Origin: an uncultured virus (IMG/VR IMGVR_UViG_3300021375_000010)
Taxonomy: Duplodnaviria > Heunggongvirae > Uroviricota > Caudoviricetes
Strand: one strand, 5' to 3'
DNA length: 64,000 nucleotides
Virus record (IMG/VR): IMGVR_UViG_3300021375_000010
This document shows, piece by piece, positions 1 through 8,849 of the stretch; positions within the stretch are counted from its first letter, which is position 1; each line of letters opens with the position of its first letter. The notes under the pieces were generated by a model that ran no database searches, was not told the DNA's origin, and saw only the letters and a list, made by a program, of their open reading frames with translations. The position numbers and the translations under genes are program-made.

Positions 1-2
1 TA

Positions 3-122
3 GATTACCTAACAACACCTTATGCAGAAGGTGGTCTTGGTGTTCATGACACTAGTCCAACTTACTATGCTTACTATAGTATAGTTAGAGATTGGAGAGA
101 CAACTTAGAGTATGGAGACTAA
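3..122 (+). CDS. Hypothetical protein, C-terminal fragment (runs off the left edge)
   Basis: Open frame DYLTTPYAEGG...LEYGD* ending at TAA 120-122, just before the next gene. Confidence 0.45.
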   Translation, partial: DYLTTPYAEGGLGVHDTSPTYYAYYSIVRDWRDNLEYGD

Positions 123-123
123 A

Positions 124-579
124 ATGCAAATTGAAGTAGGAAAAGAATATACGATTTATCCCAAGTATAAAAAATCGTATACAGAACGTGAAGTGTTCAA
201 GGACAATGATAGTGAAGATAGAGTTGTCATTGAAGCACTTTGGAGAAGTGGTGCATATATCATCAAGGTAACTAACGAAGAAGAGAAGGAAACCTTAGAA
301 GCATATATGTCAGAAGGTGCAACTGGTGATATGGAACCATGTGAATTCGAAGAGAATGAATTTGTGGAGTCTTTTGATGAGTGTGGACGTGATGTTTATG
401 TTCACCTTGCAGAAGGTAGTAAAGCAGATGAAGATTCAATTCTAGAAGCAGTCGAAGAAGAAGGACATGATTGGTTTTGGGATAATAACTATGATTCATG
501 GGATGCAGAACACTTCTTTGGTTTACCATTACAGGTAGATGAGGTTGACCCCGATAACAGATATAACTTGAGGTTCTGA
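124..579 (+). CDS. Acidic hypothetical phage protein
   Basis: ORF track gives 112..579; GGAG SD before ATG 124 favours that start; stop overlaps the gp33 start. Confidence 0.7.
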   Translation: MQIEVGKEYTIYPKYKKSYTEREVFKDNDSEDRVVIEALWRSGAYIIKVTNEEEKETLEAYMSEGATGDMEPCEFEENEFVESFDECGRDVYVHLAEGSKADEDSILEAVEEEGHDWFWDNNYDSWDAEHFFGLPLQVDEVDPDNRYNLRF

Positions 580-818
580 TGATTACTAAGAAAAATTTTA
601 CAGAACAAGTTGAAAAACTAATTGTACGTGGAAGAGGTTGTGATGTAATGTCAGCAATCATTAAAGTGTGCGAAACAAACAGTCTTGAACCCGAAAGTGC
701 TAAGAGACTATTATCAAATCCGCTAAAAGAAAAACTTGAAGCAGAGGCTCAAAAATTAAACCTAATCAATCGTGGCCAAGTGAGTCAGGCAAATATCACG
801 AAATTTTATGAGGACTAA
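579..818 (+). CDS. gp33: Late transcription coactivator gp33
   Basis: 79 aa with LEPESAKRLLSNPLKEKLEAEA..LNL motif; T4-like synteny 33-59-32. Confidence 0.85.
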   Translation: MITKKNFTEQVEKLIVRGRGCDVMSAIIKVCETNSLEPESAKRLLSNPLKEKLEAEAQKLNLINRGQVSQANITKFYED

Positions 819-819
819 A

Positions 820-1122
820 ATGAAAGAATTAATTAATGAGGTAATAACAATTGTTACTGCCACAGGTGAGTACGTTGGTAAACTGGATACACTCCAGCAA
901 GACGACACTTCAGTTGTACTATCTAACCCTAGGATGATTATCCAAAACCAAGAAGGTCAAATGGGATTCGCTAGGGGAGTTGCTGTAACAGGTGAAGAGA
1001 ACCCTAAGACAATGGTTGTGAAAGACTACATCTTTATGTGTGCAACCAATGACAAAGTCACAGAAGCATATAACACTGCTACTGGTGAAATCCATATCCC
1101 CGAGAAAAAGATTATTACTTAA
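820..1122 (+). CDS. Conserved hypothetical protein, possible Sm-like beta fold
   Basis: TIVTATGEYVGKL...VVLSNPR pattern; GAGG SD before ATG 820 (track start 808). Confidence 0.6.
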   Translation: MKELINEVITIVTATGEYVGKLDTLQQDDTSVVLSNPRMIIQNQEGQMGFARGVAVTGEENPKTMVVKDYIFMCATNDKVTEAYNTATGEIHIPEKKIIT

Positions 1123-1712
1123 TGACATCTAGGGATGGATATGATGCATATACGTTGTACCTTGGAATTAAGTTACACTTCAATTCTAAGGATTATGACT
1201 TCATTAAATACAACGGAAAAGTACGAAGTGATATCAACTCTTTCCTAAAGCGGAAAGATAAGTTTCACTTTGGAAAACTTCACAAAATTTATAAAGATAA
1301 CCTACAAGACTTCTATATCGCCAATCTATCTCAGAAAGATAGTTGGGCGGGAGACTTGTTAAACGAAGAAGCAGAACGTGTCTACGCCGATTGGAGAAAA
1401 CGTCAACAGAAGTTGTCGTATATGTTTCAATCAGAAGTGTCAGATGTGTTACGTAAAAGAACAATACAAAAAGTTCTAGAAGTAAAGAACGGTCAGCATC
1501 CTTGGTTATTACGAGACTATCTAGCAAAGAATGTCTCACTCGAAACTCTTTGTATCATGGATGAGATAATCGGGTTCACTACAGATTGGGAGAGACTAAT
1601 CTCTGAGAAGGTAGTGTACCCCGATGTCCATACTAAGATACGAAAGTACAAGACGTTTATAAGTGTAGACCATAAGAAATTTAAAAAGATTCTTTTGGAT
1701 GTATGTTCATAA
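1122..1712 (+). CDS. gp59: Helicase loader gp59
   Basis: YLGIKLHF..KDYDFIKYNGK..SFLKRKDK motif; directly upstream of gp32. Confidence 0.9.
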   Translation: MTSRDGYDAYTLYLGIKLHFNSKDYDFIKYNGKVRSDINSFLKRKDKFHFGKLHKIYKDNLQDFYIANLSQKDSWAGDLLNEEAERVYADWRKRQQKLSYMFQSEVSDVLRKRTIQKVLEVKNGQHPWLLRDYLAKNVSLETLCIMDEIIGFTTDWERLISEKVVYPDVHTKIRKYKTFISVDHKKFKKILLDVCS

Positions 1713-1747
1713 ACGCCTAAATAAAATCGTCTATTATAAAAACCCTC

Positions 1748-1776
1748 TTGTATTATTGCAAGTGATGACGTATAAT
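1748..1776 (+). promoter_or_regulatory. Sigma70-like promoter for gp32
   Basis: TTGTAT-N17-TATAAT in the intergenic region. Confidence 0.7.
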
Positions 1777-1781
1777 AGATT

Positions 1782-1824
1782 AATACAATGCAAATACAAT
1801 GTTAATACAATAGGAGAATACAAT
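1782..1824 (+). repeat. Four AATACAAT copies in the gp32 leader, candidate autoregulatory operator
   Basis: AATACAAT at 1782, 1793, 1804 and 1817; the last copy overlaps the ATG. Confidence 0.6.
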
Positions 1825-2719
1825 GTCAGCATCATTAGATAAACTAAGAGCAGCTATGGAAACTGCTTCACCTACAGAAGGTGCAAAAAAATCCTACACA
1901 GACGACACGATGTGGAAACCCGAACTTGATAAAACAGGTAACGGTTTTGCGGTAGTTCGTTTTCTACCCACACCCGAGGGAGAAGAGATGCCATGGGTAT
2001 CATACTTTGACCACGGTTTCCAAGGCCCAGGCGGTTGGTATATTGAGAAGTCTTTGACTACACTTAATAAACAAGACCCTGTGTCAGAATACAATACTCA
2101 GTTATGGAATACTGGGATTGAAGCAAACAAAGAAACTGCTAGAAAGCAGAAGAGACGTTTACACTATGTGTCAAATGTTTATGTTGTTTCAGACCCAAAA
2201 AATCCATCTAACGAAGGTAAAGTATACAAATACAGATATGGTAAGAAAATCTTTGAACAACTCAAAGAGGCTATCTCACCAGCATTTGAAGACGAACAAG
2301 CAATTAATCCTTTCGACCTAAGAGAAGGTGCGAACTTTAAGATTAAGATTAGAAAAGTAGACGGTTACTGGAACTATGACAAATCAGAGTTTGATACACC
2401 TGCCGCTTTGTTCGAAGATGAAGCACAGTTGAATACTATATATTCATCTGCTCATTCATTATCAGGCATAATTGCGCCAGAAGAGTTCAAGTCTTACGAT
2501 GAACTCAAAGAGAAACTCGATAGAGTTCTCGGTCTAACTGGTTCAGTGAGTAATTCAACTGCAGAGTCAGTTGCGGAAGATATGGACGAAGTGCCATGGT
2601 CTAACGTTAACAAAGAGACGGTTGCAGATGAACCTGTAATCTCATCAGCGGAAATGTCTTCTAGTAGTTCAGAAGAGAATGATGCGATGGATTACTTTAA
2701 GAAGTTGGCTAACGATTAA
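1823..2719 (+). CDS. gp32: Single-stranded DNA-binding protein gp32
   Basis: WKPELDKTGNGFAVVRFLP, HGFQGPGGWYIE, GANFKIKIRKVDGYWNYDKSEF motifs and acidic tail. Confidence 0.96.
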   Translation: MSASLDKLRAAMETASPTEGAKKSYTDDTMWKPELDKTGNGFAVVRFLPTPEGEEMPWVSYFDHGFQGPGGWYIEKSLTTLNKQDPVSEYNTQLWNTGIEANKETARKQKRRLHYVSNVYVVSDPKNPSNEGKVYKYRYGKKIFEQLKEAISPAFEDEQAINPFDLREGANFKIKIRKVDGYWNYDKSEFDTPAALFEDEAQLNTIYSSAHSLSGIIAPEEFKSYDELKEKLDRVLGLTGSVSNSTAESVAEDMDEVPWSNVNKETVADEPVISSAEMSSSSSEENDAMDYFKKLAND

Positions 2720-2743
2720 TTAGTTAGTTAACTACTTATAAAT

Positions 2744-2905
2744 GGGAGTCTACACATCTATATCATGTGTCCATGCGAAGTGTAGACTAACTGAGACCGT
2801 AGGAATGGGGGTACTCAGTAAGGGAAAGGTAGTCGGGGTCAAAGCGGGACTATCGGTACAGAGCGGGATGCTGTAAAGTTGATTGGGGCGACTGTACATC
2901 TTTTT
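2744..2905 (+). ncRNA. Putative multi-hairpin structured RNA upstream of bS21
   Basis: Stems 2747-2755/2780-2788, 2790-2795/2814-2819, 2828-2834/2848-2854, 2856-2861/2892-2897; TATAAAT at 2737; T-run at 2901. Confidence 0.55.
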
Positions 2906-2925
2906 AAATAACGAACGGAAATTTT

Positions 2926-3162
2926 ATGCCAAGTGTAACACCAAGAACAGATAAACGAAAGTCTAACGAAGAACCATTTGATAAGATGTTGAGACGTTGG
3001 AAGAAATCATGCGAACGTGCTGGTATCGTTCAAGAGGTTAGAGACAGGCAACACTTTGAAAAACCTAGTTCTATTAAGAATGAGCAAAAACAGGCAATCA
3101 AGCGTAGGAAAAAAATCAACGCAAAGAGGGCTGCTCAAAAAGGTTTTCGATTAGGGAGATAG
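2926..3162 (+). CDS. rpsU: Phage-encoded 30S ribosomal protein bS21
   Basis: EEPFDKMLRRWKKSCERAGIVQEVRDRQHFEKPS matches the S21 signature. Confidence 0.92.
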   Translation: MPSVTPRTDKRKSNEEPFDKMLRRWKKSCERAGIVQEVRDRQHFEKPSSIKNEQKQAIKRRKKINAKRAAQKGFRLGR

Positions 3163-3164
3163 AT

Positions 3165-3392
3165 ATGGTAGGGCCGAAAGGAGAAACAACTTACAACCTT
3201 CATAATGGTTCATGGGAAGGTGGTAAAGGTTCCCACACTAGAGGGAAGGATAAGAAATCATACGATGCTTATGCTGCTGGTTGGGACGCAATTTTTACTA
3301 AAAAGAAAGTAGAGAAGAAAGTAGAGAAGAAAGATGAAACAATTGAGGAGACCACAACGTCCAAAGACGAGGTACCACAAAGTTCTGTTTGA
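3165..3392 (+). CDS. Small conserved phage hypothetical protein (GGKGS...WDAIF type)
   Basis: GGGAG SD; GGKGS..R...YAAGWDAIF motif. Confidence 0.6.
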   Translation: MVGPKGETTYNLHNGSWEGGKGSHTRGKDKKSYDAYAAGWDAIFTKKKVEKKVEKKDETIEETTTSKDEVPQSSV

Positions 3393-3492
3393 GAAGGATT
3401 CACCCTTCCGAGCTCAAACCATTCCTAATAAGAAAAAACGTATTCCACGTAAATCAAAATATCCTAGATTAGAACGCAACAGCGTATCCTAA
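3334..3492 (+). CDS. 52-aa basic protein, ArfA-like
   Basis: Hand-translated MKQLRRPQRPKTRYHKVLFEKDSPFRAQTIPNKKKRIPRKSKYPRLERNSVS; below the ORF-track size cutoff. Confidence 0.5.
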   Translation: MKQLRRPQRPKTRYHKVLFEKDSPFRAQTIPNKKKRIPRKSKYPRLERNSVS

Positions 3493-5952
3493 TTTCGCAG
3501 ACGAATCATTATCATTAACAACAGGCATACTAGATATTGCATTATTAGTAACATTAGTTTGATTGTTATTCTGTTGTGTTACTGCAGTATTGATTGGTGC
3601 CTTTTCCGATTCAGTCTTTGATTCTAATTCCATTTCTCGAGCAGTCTTAACTCTGTCACCAGTCTCTTCATATTCCATATCACCAAAGAAGTCTTCTTCA
3701 CCAGTCGCTACCATATTACTCTTAGCATAGTCTTTTCTTTGGTCTAGGGTACCTTGAATGTCTGTTACTTCTTGTTCAGCACTGAACTTAGTCTTTTCAA
3801 TCTCTGCAGATGTCATACCTTCAAAACCAGTCTTGACACTGCTTGTATCCATATAGTCTAGTCCGCCGGAATCAGCCTTATTTTCTAGGTATTCTCTTTT
3901 CTCATCACCTTCGAGAGTTTCTCCATTTACGGTAACATTACCTTTCATACCTTGAGCAATATTTCTTTCTCTTCGTCTCAACTGCATATCAGCATTGTAT
4001 GCTTGGTCTTCTTGGGCCTTTCTTTCATTGATGAGTTCTTGGGTATTAGTATCTTCCAATCCAGTCGCCATCGCTGTTGCCGCTGGTGACATTTCACCAG
4101 TAGAGTCAACAGATTCAGCCTGTTCATCTGTAATTGGTGCCTCAGCCTCGTTTCCGAAAATCTTTTTGACCAACCAATTGGGTAATATCTTTGAAGCAAA
4201 ATCTCTTAACATCTTACCGATGTCTATGTCGAATACATTCTTAAAGAAGTCACCGATTGCTTTAAACGGTGCCATGAGTAAATCCCATAGACCACCAAAC
4301 ATACCAGTAAGACCTTCCATGACTCTATCAAAGTCACCTGTAAATAGTCCCACAACCAAATCAAACATACCAGCAAAGATATCAAAGATTGCTTGACCTA
4401 TGTTCATGAGGTATGATATTCCAGTGTCTATGATACCTTTAAACCATCCAACATTCTCATACATTGCCATAAACGCATTGTAGAGTATCACACCAGCTGC
4501 AAGTATAGCAACACCGATTGCAATGAACGGTAGTGCAGTCAATAACATACTACCAGCAGTCAAAAGTAAACCACCAATAAATGCAAGACCAGCTGCAATA
4601 AATGGTATGACAGAGGCAAGCATTCCAGCAGCTGCTGTGGCCATTGCTCTGCCCGCATTTAGTATTGCCATTCCCATTGCACTTGCACCAGCCATTAGGA
4701 ATACCATGCCTGATTTGATTGATGCAGCTGCAGCTGTAACCATCGACTTACCAGCAAGTATTAATGACATCCCCATTTGTTTAACGCCGCCCAATATGCC
4801 AGAAAGACCTTTAGCAATTACGCCTTTTGCAGTATCAAACCCAGCGGAAAGAGTAGATGATATAGAACTAACACCTTTTGAAATTATTGCAGAGGGCGAA
4901 CCTAGTAACGAATCAAGTCCTTTCAATCCGTTCTTCAACCCATCACCGATACTGGTAAAGAATCCCGTAGTACTCATTACCAAGTTTTGGAATAGGTCTT
5001 CTGTAGCGAATATCTTACCAACAGCATCAATGTTTTTAACTACATCATCCGCAAGTCCGACAAGGTCAAACCCTGTGAGTGTTTTGAGACCATCAGAGAA
5101 TTGACCAAGACGACCCGAATCCGTTGAAATTTCTGCCATCTTGTCGCCAATTAAAGTTTCTTCTACATCTTTAACTGCTTGTTGTTTATCAAGTATCTTT
5201 TGGTTCTTTTGTTTCAACTCATCTAATTTAGTGCCTTGTAACTCTAGAGTTTCTTTCTCTTTAGCAAATCTTAAATCCAAAGACTCCATAGTTCTTTTCT
5301 TAACTTCTTCTGCTTTCTTATCGAGTTCATCTCTTCTTTTGTTTGCTTCACCTAATTCTTTGGCAGTTTGAGCTGCACCTGTTAGTGCATACTCTTTAGC
5401 AAGTTTTTCAGCATCTTGTCTTGCTGTTTCAGTTTCGTTAAGAAGTGTTTGATATTGTTCTGTCTTACCAAGGATTGTTTCTGTTTGTTGTTCTTGTCTA
5501 TCTTGAAGTGCTTGTTTCTTACCATTCAACATCTGTTCACGGAATGCAAGGTTCTCATTCTCTTCCGCTGCTTCCATGAATTTTTTATGTGAGTTGACGT
5601 ACTTCGTCAAATCCACTTCAGGAAAGGAGTCCTCTAACTTTTTAAATTCTTCAGATGACTTATCGAGAGTTCCTTCCATAACACCAGCAAGGGATGATTG
5701 CAAACCTAAAAGTTTGTTTCCCTGTAAAGCGCCTGAGTAGGTGGACTTTTGAGTATTGATAGAATCGAGTGATATCTTAGATAGTGCTTGGTTAGTAGTT
5801 TTAAGTTTTTCGATAGAAGCACCAAACCGTTTGTTAACGCTCTTCATGCCCTTATCGATATCTCTACCACCTTGTTGTAACGTCTTTTCTATGTCAGTCG
5901 TTACACTGGTGATTCTATCGTTAATCTTCTTTATGTCCTTGTCATCTGCCAT
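3469..5952 (-). CDS. Tape-measure-like / baseplate hub (gp29-like) protein
   Basis: 827 aa; coiled-coil N-half, Gly/Ala-rich hydrophobic centre; lies downstream of gp26/gp51-like genes. Confidence 0.65.
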   Translation of the reverse strand: MADDKDIKKINDRITSVTTDIEKTLQQGGRDIDKGMKSVNKRFGASIEKLKTTNQALSKISLDSINTQKSTYSGALQGNKLLGLQSSLAGVMEGTLDKSSEEFKKLEDSFPEVDLTKYVNSHKKFMEAAEENENLAFREQMLNGKKQALQDRQEQQTETILGKTEQYQTLLNETETARQDAEKLAKEYALTGAAQTAKELGEANKRRDELDKKAEEVKKRTMESLDLRFAKEKETLELQGTKLDELKQKNQKILDKQQAVKDVEETLIGDKMAEISTDSGRLGQFSDGLKTLTGFDLVGLADDVVKNIDAVGKIFATEDLFQNLVMSTTGFFTSIGDGLKNGLKGLDSLLGSPSAIISKGVSSISSTLSAGFDTAKGVIAKGLSGILGGVKQMGMSLILAGKSMVTAAAASIKSGMVFLMAGASAMGMAILNAGRAMATAAAGMLASVIPFIAAGLAFIGGLLLTAGSMLLTALPFIAIGVAILAAGVILYNAFMAMYENVGWFKGIIDTGISYLMNIGQAIFDIFAGMFDLVVGLFTGDFDRVMEGLTGMFGGLWDLLMAPFKAIGDFFKNVFDIDIGKMLRDFASKILPNWLVKKIFGNEAEAPITDEQAESVDSTGEMSPAATAMATGLEDTNTQELINERKAQEDQAYNADMQLRRRERNIAQGMKGNVTVNGETLEGDEKREYLENKADSGGLDYMDTSSVKTGFEGMTSAEIEKTKFSAEQEVTDIQGTLDQRKDYAKSNMVATGEEDFFGDMEYEETGDRVKTAREMELESKTESEKAPINTAVTQQNNNQTNVTNNAISSMPVVNDNDSSAKLGYAVAF

Positions 5953-5956
5953 TTAA

Positions 5957-6343
5957 TTATTTTCCGAATGCTTTTCCTGCTTCTGATATTCCAAACGCAC
6001 CTAACGTTACTACAACAAATGAAGTGTAGATAGTGTCAGATACTTTTAAGTCCATATCCCAAAATGCAGTAATTAAATCTGCCATTCCGAATACGACCAT
6101 TAAAAAGAATGAGGCAAATCCTATGATTGCTTTTTCATTGATGTCATTTTCATCTCTGAACAATGCACCAATAGAGAACCTTTCTTTTGGTTTTGCTGCT
6201 GCTGTTGCAACTTGCAATTCCTTAGATAACTTCTCCATCTCTTTGATTTTGTCCTGTGCTTCGTCTAACTTCAAGACCATCTCTGTATACTTAGCAACAT
6301 CTATCTCGACATTACCTTGACTAATTTTTTTGTCGTCACTCAT
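5957..6343 (-). CDS. Membrane protein with two TM helices and an N-terminal coiled coil
   Basis: IIGFASFFLMVVFGMADL and TSFVVVTLGAFGI hydrophobic segments; GAGG SD. Confidence 0.7.
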   Translation of the reverse strand: MSDDKKISQGNVEIDVAKYTEMVLKLDEAQDKIKEMEKLSKELQVATAAAKPKERFSIGALFRDENDINEKAIIGFASFFLMVVFGMADLITAFWDMDLKVSDTIYTSFVVVTLGAFGISEAGKAFGK

Positions 6344-6388
6344 AATTTGTGTCCTCTATTATTATGAATCACTTACACATAACGAATA

Positions 6389-6520
6389 TTAATTATTTTT
6401 TCGTTGTTCGTTCTTTAGCCTTTCCTCTTCTAAGTGTTGAAGTAATAGGTTGATGTATACCTCTCGTTCCCATGGTATCATCTCATCTAGTTCAGTTAAT
6501 GAATACTTGTGGTGTTGCAT
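6389..6520 (-). CDS. gp51: gp51-like baseplate hub assembly protein (short ORF, probably also made as a frameshift fusion with gp26)
   Basis: Hand-translated MQHHKYSLTELDEMIPWEREVYINLLLQHLEEE...; frame stays open upstream to the gp26 stop region. Confidence 0.75.
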   Translation of the reverse strand: MQHHKYSLTELDEMIPWEREVYINLLLQHLEEERLKNEQRKNN

Positions 6521-6573
6521 TAACTGAAAGTTGGTGTTATAAAAATTCAACACCGACTCGTGGGAAAGGCCTA

Positions 6574-7278
6574 TTAAAAAAAACTTTGGATGCCTTCCAG
6601 TACTCTAGTGTTCTCTTTGGAACATATTTCGCACGAGTAACTTACTTCATGTCTTAGTTTTGGTAAACTATCAAAGAACTGCCCGAGTTTGTCTAGTTGA
6701 GTAAACGTCAAACTATCAAAAAACTCATCCAACTCTTTTTGAGATACATCTTCCATAGGATACACTTCATCGGCATCAAATACAGAAGTGATACATCTCT
6801 TCACAATCTCCATACTCTGTTGTGTTTCGTCCATCTTTGTCAATCCATCGATGTCTCTAACACTAGGAACTTTCAATTTAACACCCAAGTCATCTGTTAA
6901 CATGACTGTGTCGTCTTCAGGCATTTCACTTGTGGGTTCAATGTCTTCCAAATTTAAATCTACTTTTGCATTTCCTCTACATCCTTCGTCTGTACAACCA
7001 AGTACTAACTTAGATGTTTCACCAACTGAAACAGAACGGACTTTAATAAACAACCATTCCATATCCATCATAGCAATATTTGGTATCTTTAACTTACCAA
7101 ATGTACATGCATCAAGCATCTTAATGATTGATTGCATAACTTGTTCTTGGTCATTGCTTTCTTTTGCCATGACTAGAACTTTTTGTTCCTTTACTAGGAA
7201 TGGTCTATATTCTACTTCTTGACCATTACTAGGTAGCACTGTTTTATAAGTCGGTGCCGACTGAATCGGTAATGCCAT
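6574..7278 (-). CDS. gp26: Baseplate hub subunit gp26
   Basis: MALP..PTY..LPS..VEYRPFLVKEQKVL; IKVRSVSVGE; C-terminal CxxC..LEGIQSFF. Confidence 0.88.
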   Translation of the reverse strand: MALPIQSAPTYKTVLPSNGQEVEYRPFLVKEQKVLVMAKESNDQEQVMQSIIKMLDACTFGKLKIPNIAMMDMEWLFIKVRSVSVGETSKLVLGCTDEGCRGNAKVDLNLEDIEPTSEMPEDDTVMLTDDLGVKLKVPSVRDIDGLTKMDETQQSMEIVKRCITSVFDADEVYPMEDVSQKELDEFFDSLTFTQLDKLGQFFDSLPKLRHEVSYSCEICSKENTRVLEGIQSFF

Positions 7279-7297
7279 AATTACTCCATATTATATT

Positions 7298-8134
7298 TTA
7301 TTGAGTTCCAAAAAGGTCTCTCACATTCTTGTAACTGTTATCAATCCTCGATTTTGCAGTAGTAAGTCCTGAGACTTTATTCTGTAACCTTCCAGCAGCA
7401 CTAGAAAATCTAGAACCGACCGCTAAGGCCTCTTGCAAGTTATCGATTTGACTCCTACCACTATTTAGTCCGTTCGGAGTCGTCCCTTCACCATTATAAA
7501 CAGGGTGAGGAGTTTTCTGTGGATTTTTACTCTCCACATATTCTGTAGTAAAATATCTGTATGCAAATTGTACACTTACACTTAACATTTCACCTTGTGC
7601 CATATCCAATACCAGTTCATCGATTGATGTTGGATATGCATCATGTAATCTTGTTATTAGACTTGCACCTTGTTGCCCATCAGAAGCAAAGGTAGGATTA
7701 TACCCATCCTTTCTAAGGTGTTTAATTTCTACTTCACCAATATAGTCTTTATAGAATGCAAAGATAGGTTGTGTGTTTGGGTCTGAACCTTCTCCTTGTT
7801 CAGGAGCTGCAGTGTCACCACCATAGATTGAGTCTAACCATAATTGCATGATTCTTCTATCTAAGAAATCAATGTCACAATAGAATGTGAATGTTGCAGT
7901 TCCACCGTCATCAATTTTACCTGTTGGAAGAAACTTAGATTTACCTTGTGTGTTCTTTTCAGTAACTTCTATTTTTCTACTTGGAATAGTTGCAGTCTTA
8001 CATCTAACTGCATTAAGTGTTAACCCTTGAGGGCCAAAAAACGCAACCTCAAATTGGTTTGCCATTGCTGGAGCTTTAATTGCACCGATGATAGTGTCTA
8101 TCGAGTCGTGTCTATTTCTTGGTTTATCTTCCAT
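7298..8134 (-). CDS. gp54: Baseplate tail-tube initiator (gp54 / tube-fold family)
   Basis: NQFEV..CKTATIP..TFYCD..W..AYPTSI..SVQFAYRYF tube-fold pattern. Confidence 0.7.
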   Translation of the reverse strand: MEDKPRNRHDSIDTIIGAIKAPAMANQFEVAFFGPQGLTLNAVRCKTATIPSRKIEVTEKNTQGKSKFLPTGKIDDGGTATFTFYCDIDFLDRRIMQLWLDSIYGGDTAAPEQGEGSDPNTQPIFAFYKDYIGEVEIKHLRKDGYNPTFASDGQQGASLITRLHDAYPTSIDELVLDMAQGEMLSVSVQFAYRYFTTEYVESKNPQKTPHPVYNGEGTTPNGLNSGRSQIDNLQEALAVGSRFSSAAGRLQNKVSGLTTAKSRIDNSYKNVRDLFGTQ

Positions 8135-8143
8135 TATACTTCC

Positions 8144-8248
8144 TTAAATAAATAACAATGCCAATACAAATCCAACATTAAACCCTAGTGAGCATACTAG
8201 AATGAAATCTTTTCTAAATGATGTATTTACTGCATAGTAAGTTTTCAT
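8144..8248 (-). CDS. 34-aa hydrophobic peptide
   Basis: MKTYYAVNTSFRKDFILVCSLGFNVGFVLALLFI; TAATG overlap with the gp2 stop; fills the gap between genes. Confidence 0.5.
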   Translation of the reverse strand: MKTYYAVNTSFRKDFILVCSLGFNVGFVLALLFI

Positions 8249-8844
8249 TACACTACCCTTTTGAGTGATTCAGCGTATACTGTGTTTGCATTGAATGCTG
8301 AACCTTGGTTGTCTACAAATTTCTGAGATGGTAACATTGCAACCACGTCCCAGTAATCATATGGTATCTCTCTTATTTGACCTTTAATATGTGTTGTGAG
8401 ATACTCTTTCACACACGGTCTTGCCCATTTTAACTTTGATATGGACTTAACCATATCGTATGTAAGTTTTAGTCTAGTGTTCTCATCATCCCCCATATCG
8501 GGGTCTACTGCTAACTGGTCAAACACTTCCAACAATTCTAATCTCTTTCTTGGTGGGAGATAGTGTAAATTTAAACCTAAGAATCCTTTACTTCTAGGTT
8601 CTATTGGTATCACTACAGGGTATTTATCCCAATAAGGCAATGTAGCATACCCCTTTGCACCATAATTAAACAACACTAGAGTACCTAAAAATGGTTTTCT
8701 TATTGGTGTTCCTTCTACTAGTAACTTATTACGATTGACCTTTATAGTTCTAAGATTGTCCTTAAACCATTCTCTAGCTTCTAAGGACTTTTCTTCAATC
8801 TCAGACGGAAGTAAATTGTCATAGTTCTTAAGAATAGATGCCAT
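8248..8844 (-). CDS. gp2: DNA end protector protein gp2
   Basis: LPYWDKYP..GFLGLNLHYLPP..R..PCVKEYL motifs. Confidence 0.9.
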   Translation of the reverse strand: MASILKNYDNLLPSEIEEKSLEAREWFKDNLRTIKVNRNKLLVEGTPIRKPFLGTLVLFNYGAKGYATLPYWDKYPVVIPIEPRSKGFLGLNLHYLPPRKRLELLEVFDQLAVDPDMGDDENTRLKLTYDMVKSISKLKWARPCVKEYLTTHIKGQIREIPYDYWDVVAMLPSQKFVDNQGSAFNANTVYAESLKRVV

Positions 8845-8849
8845 ACATC

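Noticed and set aside
2744..2905. tRNA or tmRNA
   Set aside because: No cloverleaf, TTCGA T-loop or CCA end recognisable
3995..5956. Plus-strand ORFs opposite the tape-measure-like gene
   Set aside because: Antisense shadows with low-complexity Ser/Ile/Pro translations
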